In this document: positions 32,251-41,649 of the stretch, piece by piece
Layout: the number at the start of each line of letters is the position of its first letter
Position numbering within the stretch: position 1 is the first letter of the stretch
Assembly: GCA_017303715.1 (NCBI GenBank)
Contig: JAFLBZ010000005.1
Coordinates: 128,511-192,510 of the forward strand
Direction of reading: 5' to 3'
DNA length: 64,000 bases
Origin: Rhodothermia bacterium
Lineage (GTDB): Bacteria; Bacteroidota; Rhodothermia; Rhodothermales; UBA2364
Notes under the pieces: model-generated
The model's database searches: none
Told to the model about the DNA's origin: nothing
The model's input: only the letters and a program-made list of their open reading frames with translations
Program-made: the position numbers and the translations under genes

Positions 32251-35046
32251 ATGGATAACCAGCCACGCGCTACCATGTATAAAGATACCAAATACCGCAC
32301 CCTTACTTGGCTTTTGGCCCTGTGCCTCACCCCCCCCCTCTTGCACGCCCAAGACTTTTGGGAGCAGACCAATGGTCCTAATGGTGGATTGATAAGCGCC
32401 TTAGCCATCAAGTCTGGCGGGACGATTTTTGCAGGGACAAGTAACGGCGTATTTTCGTCCTCGAACAACGGTACTTCATGGACGGCGGTCAATTCGGGGC
32501 TGACCAATACCAATGTTTATGCCTTAGCGATCAATGCCAATGGGACGATCTTTGCAGGAACTTGGGGCGGCGGCGTTTATTCCTCTGCCAACAACGGCGC
32601 TTCATGGACGCAGGTCAATTCGGGACTTACCAATACTGATGTCCGTTCTTTAGCGATCAATGCCAATGGGACAATCTTTGCAGGAACAGACGGCGGCGTT
32701 TATTCCTCTGCCAACAATGGTGCTTCATGGACGCAGGTCAATTCGGGGCTGACCAATACTACTGTCTCTTCTTTGGCGATTAATGCCAATGGGATGATCT
32801 TTGCAGGTACTGGCGGCGGCGTATTTTCATCCTCAAATAACGGTGCTTTCTGGACGCAGGTCAATTCGGGACTTACCAATAAGAGTGTCTTATCTTTGGC
32901 GATTAATGCCAATGGGACAATCTTTGCAGGTACTAACGGAGGCGTATTTTCGTCCTCGAACAATGGTGCTTCGTGGACGGCGGTCAATTCGGGGCTGACC
33001 AATACTGCTGTCTCTTCTTTGGCGATTAATGCCAATGGGACGATCTTTGCCGGTATTGACGGCGGCGGCGTATTTTCGTCCTCGAACAACGGTACTTCTT
33101 GGACGCAGGTCAATTCGGGACTTACCAATAAGAGTGTCTGGTCTTTGGTGATTAATGCCAATGGAACACTCTTTGCCGGTACTTACGGCGGCGTATTTCG
33201 CTCGAAATACTCCACAACTATCCCCACCCCCATTTCACCCGCCGACGGTGCAACGGGCGTAAGTGTCAGTACCGCACTCACATGGTCAGCCGTAAGTGGT
33301 GCAACGGGGTATGATGCACAAGTCTTTGCGGGAAGTAGCTGTTCGGGAACGATACTTAGAAGCCTCTCTAATCAAAATGTAACGACATGGAGTCCATCTG
33401 GTTTAGCTAACAATACCCAATATTGCTGGCAGGTACGGGCAGTCAATGCTGGCGGAAGCAGTCCTTGGACTTCAAGAACGTTTACCACGCTTGCTTTGGC
33501 CAAAGTAAACTTAAGCACGCCAGTTTCGGCCTCGTTAATCAATGGCAGTACAGCCTCCCTACAATGGCAAATCGCCCAAGGTGCAACAGGGTATCAGGTA
33601 CAAATCCAGACTTCAAATTCATTCACAGACACCGTACCCACACCAGTTGGTACTTCCAGTACAAGTTTTTCGGCCACCAATCTTAACATCAACTTTTTGT
33701 ATTATTGGCGGGTACGTGCCGTATCGGGCAACAACTTTGGCCCTTGGTCGGACACATGGAGTTTATACACCTACCCCCAAACCATAACCCACGCCACCAG
33801 TAAAACGTTTTCGGACATCACATCGTCCAATAGTTACCGCATGGTTGGTATTCCCGGCGTGGGCTTTGCGATCGCTGGAACGCTTACGGGCGTAGAAGGC
33901 ACCGATTGGGCCTGCTACACGCCACCTTATATCAACAATACCTATGCCAAATGTGGAAGTACATTTGAAGCCGGCAAGGGCTATTGGTTGGTTTCCAAAA
34001 ACAATTGGAGCGTAAATGGAAATACCAGTCCTGTCGCGCTAAACCAAGCCAAATTTTATGCCATCCCACTGAGTAATGGTTGGAACATTATCAGCAACCC
34101 TTTTAATCTTGAGGTTAGTTGGGCAACGGTTTTGGATCGAAGCCAATTATCGGGGAGTATTTATGGGTTTAAAGACAGGACATTCCAAACAAGTAGTACC
34201 CTACAGCCCTACGAAGGGTATTTTTACTACAACCAACAAGCGGCACTAACGAATTTACTCGTTCCCTACCCCTTCTCTGGTGCGGAGGTTATGACCAAAA
34301 CAGAAATAGAACGCCCGGAATCCTTGGTGATTTCAGCAGAAAACGCTTCGGGAGACCGTGTTGCCATCCGTACAGGCTGGCACGCCAAGGCATCGGTGGC
34401 GTTAGACCCCTTAGACGATTTTGTCCCGCCCACGCATTTTTCCGCTTTAGCACTCCGGATATTAAACGACCATTTAGAGACCGATTATAAATGGCTTGCA
34501 CAGGACTTCCGACCCGATCTGGCCTCAGGAGTCACGTATCCAATTGCACTTTTTGTTAATAAAAGCGGTGAAATCCAATTATCTATACAAAACAAGAAGC
34601 TATTGGGGATGTTCAATGCCTTGCTTATAGACCCAATCGCCAAAAAAACCTACCGCCTCGACGAAAACACCCCTACCAAACTTATGCTTCCTGCGGGAGA
34701 ACGCCTTTTCCAACTGATGATCGCCCCAGAGTCGGCCCTCATAGAAACAGAACAGACGTATTTGCCTAAAGAACTTGGCTTCTCCGGCAACTACCCCAAT
34801 CCGTTTACCCACCAAACCACTATCGGCTTTGCACTGCCCACAAAACAAGTGGTTAAGTTGACAATTTTTGATCTAAATGGACGCATCGTCCGGACGTTAA
34901 TCAACGAAGATCTCCCCGCCGGTAACCATGAGTTTTTGTGGGATGGAAAACTTTCTTCTGGGCAAACAGCACCAACCGGAACCTACCTCTTGCGCCTCGA
35001 AGCCTCAAAACAACACCTAATCCGTAAAATGGTCTTGGTGAAATAA
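32251..35046 (+). CDS. Secreted BNR/Asp-box beta-propeller + two FN3-like domains + T9SS C-terminal sorting domain
   Basis: The signal peptide ends LLHAQ. There are 6-7 copies of GGVFSSSNNGASWTxVNSGLTNxxVxSLAINANGTIFAGT, containing the S-x-x-x-G-x-SW Asp-box-like motif. FN3-like segments include TALTWSAVSGATGYDAQVF. The C-terminus is NYPNPFTHQTTIGF..IFDLNGRIV..GTYLLRL. Confidence 0.8.
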   Translation: MDNQPRATMYKDTKYRTLTWLLALCLTPPLLHAQDFWEQTNGPNGGLISALAIKSGGTIFAGTSNGVFSSSNNGTSWTAVNSGLTNTNVYALAINANGTIFAGTWGGGVYSSANNGASWTQVNSGLTNTDVRSLAINANGTIFAGTDGGVYSSANNGASWTQVNSGLTNTTVSSLAINANGMIFAGTGGGVFSSSNNGAFWTQVNSGLTNKSVLSLAINANGTIFAGTNGGVFSSSNNGASWTAVNSGLTNTAVSSLAINANGTIFAGIDGGGVFSSSNNGTSWTQVNSGLTNKSVWSLVINANGTLFAGTYGGVFRSKYSTTIPTPISPADGATGVSVSTALTWSAVSGATGYDAQVFAGSSCSGTILRSLSNQNVTTWSPSGLANNTQYCWQVRAVNAGGSSPWTSRTFTTLALAKVNLSTPVSASLINGSTASLQWQIAQGATGYQVQIQTSNSFTDTVPTPVGTSSTSFSATNLNINFLYYWRVRAVSGNNFGPWSDTWSLYTYPQTITHATSKTFSDITSSNSYRMVGIPGVGFAIAGTLTGVEGTDWACYTPPYINNTYAKCGSTFEAGKGYWLVSKNNWSVNGNTSPVALNQAKFYAIPLSNGWNIISNPFNLEVSWATVLDRSQLSGSIYGFKDRTFQTSSTLQPYEGYFYYNQQAALTNLLVPYPFSGAEVMTKTEIERPESLVISAENASGDRVAIRTGWHAKASVALDPLDDFVPPTHFSALALRILNDHLETDYKWLAQDFRPDLASGVTYPIALFVNKSGEIQLSIQNKKLLGMFNALLIDPIAKKTYRLDENTPTKLMLPAGERLFQLMIAPESALIETEQTYLPKELGFSGNYPNPFTHQTTIGFALPTKQVVKLTIFDLNGRIVRTLINEDLPAGNHEFLWDGKLSSGQTAPTGTYLLRLEASKQHLIRKMVLVK
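32386..33200. repeat. Intragenic tandem repeats, period ~120-123 nt (propeller blades), with high nt identity between units
   Basis: tggacgcaggtcaattcggg(g/a)ct(g/t)accaata..gcgat(c/t)aatgccaatgggac(g/a)atctttgcagg recurs through this interval. Confidence 0.85.
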
Positions 35047-35108
35047 ACGTTTTTTGGGTTCATTACAAGCTATGGATCATCGAGTTTTGGACAACGCCAT
35101 ATGCGTTA

Positions 35109-35175
35109 TCCTTCAGTGCTAAAGCCTTTTGATTCTTGGTTGCCATGTCATCGCCCTAAAGGACGGAGTTAATGA
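35109..35175. repeat. Single degenerate unit of the hairpin repeat family
   Basis: ccttcagtgctaaagcc..ttggttgccatgtcatcgccctaaaggacggagttaatg matches the 28575-28640 unit. Confidence 0.75.
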
Positions 35176-35463
35176 GCTGCTTTTACACATGTATTTTCGC
35201 ACAGTTAGCCTTCCCGAAACGATGGCGCAAATGTGGGATTAAGCCTTCCTTTTGGTTGTTCGATCTCACCAACCTGATAAGCGGCGGCGGCCACATGCTT
35301 TCCCGCACGAAGATGCCCTCATACTTCAGATCGGAGCCACTGCGCCTTAGACTATAACCAAGTTCCTAGGCTATGGCACACCTCTCCACGCTGAAAGACG
35401 ATGACCATTCTAAATCCAATTCATTAAAAAACAATATTTTAACACCTGCAAATCACATTAGCC

Positions 35464-36030
35464 TTGAATACCATGAAACCCACTGTGTACCCCTACTTCA
35501 CCCTTTCCATGTTGTTGTTTATCCTTTCGGGATGTGCCCATACCCAAGGCCCTAAAACAACCGTTTTTAGACTTGCACACGGAACCATCATTAAAATTGA
35601 CCCCGTGGTAATCAATCAATTGGATCAAATAAAGCAAGAAGTGGAGAATATGGCAAACCAATTCCCCAACCTCTCCGCTGAAAAGCAGGAAAAAGCCATC
35701 GTCTTATACAACCAAATCGTTGAGGTTCATCAATATGCCATTCGGTTTTTAGAACAAAAAATTGTCTCGTACCAAGCAGGAAACCCCATAAAAAGCAGCA
35801 GCTTTGACTTAGAGTTCCGAAAAATCATGTCCGACACCGGTGAATTGAAAACCCTTATTCTTTCAGAGGATATTTTACCGCCTCCACAATCTTCGGCATC
35901 CACTTCCTCCACGCTTCTGCAACGCATCACTACCGAAGCAAGGGTCTTGGTGTTGGGTTCTTTTGCAAAAGCCATCACCAGAGAATTGTATATGAGCCGA
36001 TTTGAACAACGCCGTCCTTCTGGGCGGTGA
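35464..36030 (+). CDS. Small lipoprotein, family B (paralogue of 13516..14103)
   Basis: The lipobox is FILSGC. The by-eye alignment with 13516..14103 is given under that feature. The last ~7 codons and the stop lie inside the first 64-nt repeat unit. Confidence 0.6.
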   Translation: MNTMKPTVYPYFTLSMLLFILSGCAHTQGPKTTVFRLAHGTIIKIDPVVINQLDQIKQEVENMANQFPNLSAEKQEKAIVLYNQIVEVHQYAIRFLEQKIVSYQAGNPIKSSSFDLEFRKIMSDTGELKTLILSEDILPPPQSSASTSSTLLQRITTEARVLVLGSFAKAITRELYMSRFEQRRPSGR

Positions 36031-36330
36031 GATCCGCACGCAAGAACCAGAGGGCTTTAGCCCTGAAAGATAACGCCGTCCTTCTGGGCGGTGAGATCCG
36101 CACGCAAGAACCAGAGGGCTTTAGCCCTGAAAGATAACGCCGTCCTTTAGGGCGGTGAGATCCGCACGCAAGAACCAGAGGGCTTTAGCCCTGAAAGATG
36201 TCACGGCTAAAGCCGAAGATCGGCCACCTGCACGAAACCCCACACTAAAGCATGGGGTTAAAAGGCGTCTCGCAACGTCACCCAATAAGGCTGCGAGAAC
36301 GGCACAAAAAACACTAAAGGGTTGTAAAAA
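36011..36330. repeat. Three tandem 64-nt units of the hairpin repeat family (inverted orientation) followed by the aacccca/tggggtt module
   Basis: gccgtcctt(c/t)t(g/a)ggcggtgagatccgcacgcaagaaccagagggctttagccctgaaagataac starts at 36011, 36075 and 36139. It is followed by aaccccacactaaagcatggggttaaaaggcg, the reverse complement of the 28.2-kb module. Confidence 0.9.
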
Positions 36331-36493
36331 AGTGTTATCGCTTATTTTTTCTATAGAACGGCTTTTGCGCATCCCCTAAATGGGCGGCGTTAAGAAATGT
36401 TTTGCGTGCTTGAGATCTCCGAAATGATAAGTGTGTTTAACGAATAAGCCAACTCGTTTCATCATAATACCTTAACACATCCACCATTCACCG

Positions 36494-36519
36494 ATAAAAA
36501 AAGCCGAGTTTCCTCGGCT
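36494..36519 (-). terminator. Rho-independent terminator of the family-A lipoprotein gene
   Basis: The minus strand reads agccgag-gaaa-ctcggct followed by ttttttt, 25 nt after the stop at 36545. Confidence 0.7.
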
Positions 36520-36544
36520 GAATATTGGCTTGCTGATGAAAGGG

Positions 36545-37201
36545 TTATTGGACGCCACGATCTTTCCAATTGGTAAGCTGACTGGTATTAACCGACGCCA
36601 GAGCCGCTTTCAATTCTTCCGCACTGACCTTCCGGCCATCAACCGAGACCACAAATCGCCCCGCCACCAACGATGAAACCTCACCTTCTTGATTGGTATG
36701 GTTGAATTTTTCAAGGCTTGGATTACCGTTGATTTTGGTTGTGCGTTCGTAACCGTTGGCATCTTCCCGTTCAAAACTGCTATTGATCCATGCAAATCCG
36801 AGCATGGCAAAGCCCTTCATGCTGCCGGTATCGGTGATCTTAATGGAAATGGATTTATCGCCGATTTCGTAACGAGCGCCTGCATTCGAGACATTGAAGC
36901 CCATTGTGCCCACTTTTTCGCCCTCCAAGTTACTTTGTGGTGCGCCGCCTACGTTTGCAGGAAGTGCAGATTGTAAATCTTTGAAAGGCACTGGATCTAC
37001 ATTTTGGGTCTTGCCATCGTTGTTTTGCATGGCTGACAAGCCTTCGAGGGCTTTTTGTGCTTCTTTCGCAGCAGATTGTAAATCTTGGACTGCTGGCGTA
37101 GTTTCGGTAACCACCGTTTTTTCGGCTTCGCCACCACAGCCAATGAGCGTTGATATCCAAAAAGCGAGAACATAAAAGGTGGTTTTTGATTTGTTTAACA
37201 T
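36545..37201 (-). CDS. Lipoprotein, unknown function (family A; paralogue of 7083..7754)
   Basis: The lipobox is STLIGCG. The C-terminal similarity to 7083..7754 is described under that feature. Confidence 0.65.
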   Translation of the reverse strand: MLNKSKTTFYVLAFWISTLIGCGGEAEKTVVTETTPAVQDLQSAAKEAQKALEGLSAMQNNDGKTQNVDPVPFKDLQSALPANVGGAPQSNLEGEKVGTMGFNVSNAGARYEIGDKSISIKITDTGSMKGFAMLGFAWINSSFEREDANGYERTTKINGNPSLEKFNHTNQEGEVSSLVAGRFVVSVDGRKVSAEELKAALASVNTSQLTNWKDRGVQ

Positions 37202-37325
37202 GCGTTTCTCCGTTGGTGATGAATTGAATTAAGGACTATTGGGTATTTATTATTCTTACAAACGTTTTTCCATTGAAAATAGGTCAATCGAAAAGGAAAA
37301 ATGTGCCCAAAAAAATAAGGGTAAC

Positions 37326-37778
37326 TCAGGGCACTTCAAGCATAATGTTACGCTTAAACGCACAACCAAGCTCAATCATAGAAGCGGTTTTGGCTACGCC
37401 GGGTAAAGGATCAATCTTTTGATAGAGGATTTGGCGCATGTGCTCGTGGCTTTTGGCCAAAATTCGGAGGTAAAGCGTAAAATTTCCTGTAATATAATAA
37501 CATTCTGTGACCTCTGGGATTTTCTTTAGGGCCTCGATCACCTTTCCAGAATCTGCGTCCTTCTCTAGGGTTATTCCTGTGAAGGCAGCCCAATCGTACC
37601 CCATTTTTTTCTCATTCAATAACGGCTTTATTCCTGCCAAAATCCCTTGCTCCATGAGTTTGTTCACCCGCTGATGAACCATCGTATGCGAAATGCCCAA
37701 GGACGTCGCGATACTGGAAAAAGGCATCCGCCCATCGGTTTCCAATAGTTGCAAAATTTTCACATCAAATATATCCAT
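37326..37778 (-). CDS. lrp: Lrp/AsnC family transcriptional regulator
   Basis: The N-terminus is DIFDVKILQLLETDGRMPFSSIATSLGISHTMVHQRVNKL, followed by a RAM domain. The length is 150 aa, and the gene is divergent from an amino-acid catabolic gene. Confidence 0.85.
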   Translation of the reverse strand: MDIFDVKILQLLETDGRMPFSSIATSLGISHTMVHQRVNKLMEQGILAGIKPLLNEKKMGYDWAAFTGITLEKDADSGKVIEALKKIPEVTECYYITGNFTLYLRILAKSHEHMRQILYQKIDPLPGVAKTASMIELGCAFKRNIMLEVP

Positions 37779-37929
37779 GCTTCAGTTTTATCTTATACCA
37801 TTTTAGAAAAACAAAATATACAACTTATAAAAAGAAATTATTTATTAATTTAATTTATTGTCTCAAATTTCCTACATTTTATCTTTACATTCATCTTGCA
37901 ATCTCCACCCTTTAAACCTCAAACGCAAC

Positions 37930-39207
37930 ATGAAACCCACTGCCCTTTATCCACAAGAGTACTATATTGACTTAGAAGATCGTTTTGGCGCGCATAACTA
38001 TCACCCAATGCCAGTGGTTTTGGTTCGGGGCGAAGGCGTGTTTTTGTGGGATATAGCCGATAAACGTTACTACGACTTTCTTTCTGCTTACTCGGCGGTC
38101 AATCAAGGGCATTGTCATCCGCGAATTGTAGGGGCGCTCATCGAACAAGCACAAAAACTTACCCTGACCTCACGGGCATTCCACCATAACTTATTGGGAG
38201 CATTTGAAAGAACATTATGCAAGACATTTGATTATGACAAAGCGCTCGTCATGAACTCTGGTGTGGAGGCCGTAGAAACTGCACTTAAACTTTGCAGGAA
38301 ATGGGCATATACCGTCAAAGGCATTCCCGAAAACGAGGCTGTGATTGTTTTTGCAAAGGACAACTTCCACGGACGAACCCTTTCGGTGATCTCTGGCTCT
38401 ACAGATCCCAGTAGCCGGACAGGGTTTGGGCCACATATGGCGGGCATTGAACATGTTCCTTACAACGATTTGTCGGCCTTAGAAGACGTTTTAAGTAGTA
38501 ATGCCTACATTGCCGGATTTATCGTGGAGCCACTCCAAGGTGAGGCTGGCGTCGTGGTTCCAGATGAAGACTATTTGCGTAAAGCCACCGAGCTTTGTCA
38601 CAAACATGGCGTACTTTTTATTGCCGATGAGGTGCAAACGGGTATTGCCAGAACCGGAAAATTATTGGCAACTTGCGGAAATTGTACTTGTAAAAAAAGT
38701 TGTGGGCACAAACCGGAGATAAAGCCAGACCTTTTAATTCTTGGAAAGGCTCTTTCGGGTGGTGTGATACCGGTTTCAGCGGTTTTGGCCCGCGATGAGA
38801 TCATGTTAACCATTCGACCCGGTGAACATGGCTCCACCTTTGGTGGAAACCCGCTTGCTTGTGCGGTCGGTATCGCCGCCTTACAAGTAGTGGAAGAGGA
38901 GGGATTGGCGGAAAATGCTGCACGGTTAGGCGAAATTTTCAGGGGAGGTCTTAGAGAAATAGCCGGACGTTACCCTATCATCCAAACTGTACGAGGAAAA
39001 GGCTTGCTAAATGCCATTGTTATCAACAGTGAGGAGACTTCCGACCTTGCTTATCGCTTGTGCTTAACATTTATGCAGAATGGCTTATTGGCCAAACCTA
39101 CGCATGGAAATAAGATAAGACTTGCGCCACCCTTGGTCATTACAGATGATCAAATAAGAGATGTCTTGTACATTATTGAAAAATCCGTAAGCGAATGTAC
39201 TTCTTGA
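37930..39207 (+). CDS. rocD: Ornithine--oxo-acid aminotransferase
   Basis: The ATG at 37930 gives [41 protein letters not shown]. Other motifs are [24 protein letters not shown] and [15 protein letters not shown] (PLP Lys). Confidence 0.85.
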   Translation: MKPTALYPQEYYIDLEDRFGAHNYHPMPVVLVRGEGVFLWDIADKRYYDFLSAYSAVNQGHCHPRIVGALIEQAQKLTLTSRAFHHNLLGAFERTLCKTFDYDKALVMNSGVEAVETALKLCRKWAYTVKGIPENEAVIVFAKDNFHGRTLSVISGSTDPSSRTGFGPHMAGIEHVPYNDLSALEDVLSSNAYIAGFIVEPLQGEAGVVVPDEDYLRKATELCHKHGVLFIADEVQTGIARTGKLLATCGNCTCKKSCGHKPEIKPDLLILGKALSGGVIPVSAVLARDEIMLTIRPGEHGSTFGGNPLACAVGIAALQVVEEEGLAENAARLGEIFRGGLREIAGRYPIIQTVRGKGLLNAIVINSEETSDLAYRLCLTFMQNGLLAKPTHGNKIRLAPPLVITDDQIRDVLYIIEKSVSECTS

Positions 39208-39585
39208 ACACAAAAGGAACCTCCTTAAGATTGTTATACTTAGGAAAACTAATTTTATTTAAAGTAACAATCAGACTTAAAACCATATTAAAAAATCTAC
39301 ATCACCTCAATAATATTTTCTCCAAGTTCGTATTCGATAAGCCTCAACGTCCAAAACCCATTTCGCTTTTTAACGTATAGTACAAGTATGAGTGAAAATG
39401 CCACCGATTCTCCCAAATCAAAGTTTTTTTTAAAATATTTCCATTTTATACTTTACTTTGGTATATTATTGCTGTATTTTATGGTTTAGTAGATTTGGAT
39501 TTTATTCCAATTAGGCTGTACTCATTTCAAAAATTAAGCCTAAACACTACTTAACCCACTTTTAGTCATTCAAAAACATATTACC

Positions 39586-40209
39586 ATGGCAGGTAACAGA
39601 CAGAAAAAATGGCTTAGCCTTCAAGAGGCAGCCGACCAACTTGGCGTGCACTTTACAACAGTCCGTCGTTGGGTTGATCAAGGAGCAATACCTACCCTTC
39701 TTACCCCTGGAGGACACCGTCGGTTCTCTCCAGAAGATTTGGAAGAGTTTGCTCGCAAACATCGTCGTCACTACATTCGCGAAGGTATTGAGGACAGTTG
39801 GCAACGCCACGCTTTGAGCCATACTCGCGACGCTATTCATATGACCCGTTCCACATGGTCTAGCCGTTTTGGATCGGAAACATCAATCGAATTACGTCGC
39901 CTTGGTAAGCAACTCATGGACGTAATGATGCAATTTATCAGCGCCGAAGACCTCCAAGCCCATCGTCTATTGGATCAAGCGGAAGAAATTGGCCGTCACT
40001 ACGGCGAAATTATGGTTAAAGGTAAAATGTCTTTGCCAGACATGCTCAACTCCATTTCATTCTTCAAAAATAGCTTGATTGAAGCGACCGTTTCGATGCC
40101 CGAATCACAAGCAAAACCACAATTGAATAGCCAAATCATTCGTCGTATCAACGAGGTGATGGGTGCTGTTGAATTGGCGCTTGCCGGCGTTTACGAGCGT
40201 TATCACTGA
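39586..40209 (+). CDS. Excisionase/MerR-type HTH DNA-binding protein with a C-terminal helical domain
   Basis: WLSLQEAADQLGVHFTTVRRWVDQGAIPTLLTPGGHRRF is the HTH_17-type motif. Confidence 0.6.
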   Translation: MAGNRQKKWLSLQEAADQLGVHFTTVRRWVDQGAIPTLLTPGGHRRFSPEDLEEFARKHRRHYIREGIEDSWQRHALSHTRDAIHMTRSTWSSRFGSETSIELRRLGKQLMDVMMQFISAEDLQAHRLLDQAEEIGRHYGEIMVKGKMSLPDMLNSISFFKNSLIEATVSMPESQAKPQLNSQIIRRINEVMGAVELALAGVYERYH

Positions 40210-40229
40210 GCAACCCGCTAAGTTACGAA

Positions 40230-40263
40230 GCCGCATCTCACATGAGAGGCGGCTTTTCTTTTT
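40230..40263 (+). terminator. Rho-independent terminator
   Basis: gccgcatctc-acat-gagaggcggc is a 10-bp stem with one mismatch, followed by ttttcttttt, 20 nt after the stop at 40209. Confidence 0.7.
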
Positions 40264-40310
40264 GTAGCCCCAACCTAAGATTACCCATAAGTTAAGAGCG
40301 ATCCACTTGT

Positions 40311-41516
40311 ATGAGTACCCCCTTGAAACGCTTCAATCCGCAATCTCCCATTTTGGTTCTTGCCCCACACCTTATTTTTCCGCTACGAAATGGTGGCGAT
40401 ATTGGCGCAGCCGAGCATTGGGGGCCGGTCAGCAAATTTGTGCCATTTGTCTTGATTGTAGGTGCAAATACCCTTACCCGCTACGAGAACGGAAAAATAG
40501 TAGAGCAAACTCGTTTTAAAAACACCTTTCGTCATACCAAAATTGCTGGATTTCGTGCATTGCTTAAAGGATCGCATTATCTAATTGAGAAATTTCTTAC
40601 CCCTGCATTCCAAAAACAAGCTGCAACACATATACAAAACCCACTTTTCGAGAATGTGGTTTGTAGTCATCTTTGGAGTACCATATTACTCCCCTATGAT
40701 GGCCGTTCGCGCTTTGTCCTAATCCAGTCCCACAACGATGATTTTCAGTGGTTTCAGCATTTAGCGAACCATGCTACAAATTTTGCTGCGCGAGAAACAG
40801 CTTTGACTTCTAAGGCATGGACTCAGCGTTTTATGCAAAAAAAAGGGACTCACTTCTGGTTTTTCCATTGCACAGAGCGTGACCAATCAGGCTATGCAGC
40901 GGTTTGCCCTGAACACCTTTCTTTTGTCATGCCTGTTGGGGTGGATGTAAGTCTTCAGGTTCCCGTCCAACTTCCTGCCAAACACCGTTTGCACTTCATC
41001 TTTACGGGTGCACTAAGTGTTACGATGAATTTCGATGCACTTTGTAATTTCCGAGACCATTATTATCCTACATTTAAGGCTGAATTTGGGGATAATTTGG
41101 ATATTTCTGTCGTTGGAAGTTCACCTTCGGAGGCGATGAAACAACTTTGTAGCGAGCAAGGGTGGGAAATTTTCGGCAATGTCACGGATGAGGAATTAAA
41201 ACAACACTTTCAGCAGGCAACGTTCTCACTTTTGCCTTTTGGATATGCAACGGGTTCAAAGCTAAAATTGCTAAAATCGCTCTCATTTGGGGTTCCCTTT
41301 TTATCTACAAACCATGCCTCTCCCGGAGCAATGCCCCATTTACCGCATTGCGTTTTCTCCGATGAACCCGATAAGTGGGTCTCTGCGGTGAAAGAGGTGC
41401 GCGACAATGGGATTACCGTGCAAGATCGGGAAGCATTGCTTGCCTATGCCAGACAGTTCTCTTGGCCTACATTGGCCGAAAAAATGTTTGCCCAACTAAA
41501 ACATTTGCCAATGTGA
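40311..41516 (+). CDS. Probable glycosyltransferase (GT-B fold, GT1/GT4-like C-terminal half)
   Basis: ILVLAPHLIFPLRNGGDI resembles an N-terminal GT4 motif. The C-terminal FTGALS..ISVVGS..LPFGYATGSKLKLLKSLSFGVPFLST resembles the donor-binding half. The assignment is weak. Confidence 0.45.
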   Translation: MSTPLKRFNPQSPILVLAPHLIFPLRNGGDIGAAEHWGPVSKFVPFVLIVGANTLTRYENGKIVEQTRFKNTFRHTKIAGFRALLKGSHYLIEKFLTPAFQKQAATHIQNPLFENVVCSHLWSTILLPYDGRSRFVLIQSHNDDFQWFQHLANHATNFAARETALTSKAWTQRFMQKKGTHFWFFHCTERDQSGYAAVCPEHLSFVMPVGVDVSLQVPVQLPAKHRLHFIFTGALSVTMNFDALCNFRDHYYPTFKAEFGDNLDISVVGSSPSEAMKQLCSEQGWEIFGNVTDEELKQHFQQATFSLLPFGYATGSKLKLLKSLSFGVPFLSTNHASPGAMPHLPHCVFSDEPDKWVSAVKEVRDNGITVQDREALLAYARQFSWPTLAEKMFAQLKHLPM

Positions 41517-41649
41517 GGTTACGAGCAAAACTTCATCGTCTTATGTCAAAATGATGAATACGCCAAAGTTATAATGGCGTATTGGATTGGTTTCCCGTTC
41601 CAATACGCCAATTTAAACCGCTTGTCCCTGAACCATTGTCAAATTTACT

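Noticed and set aside
32700-33161. 153-aa antisense ORF with internal repeats opposite the BNR propeller gene
   Set aside because: It is a mirror image of the tandem blade repeats. The sense strand encodes a complete, well-formed secreted protein.
28014-36203. Tandem repeats at 28.0-28.8 kb and 36.0-36.2 kb as CRISPR arrays
   Set aside because: The units abut each other without unique spacers, the periods (~400 nt and 64 nt) and mosaic structure do not fit, and no cas genes are present.
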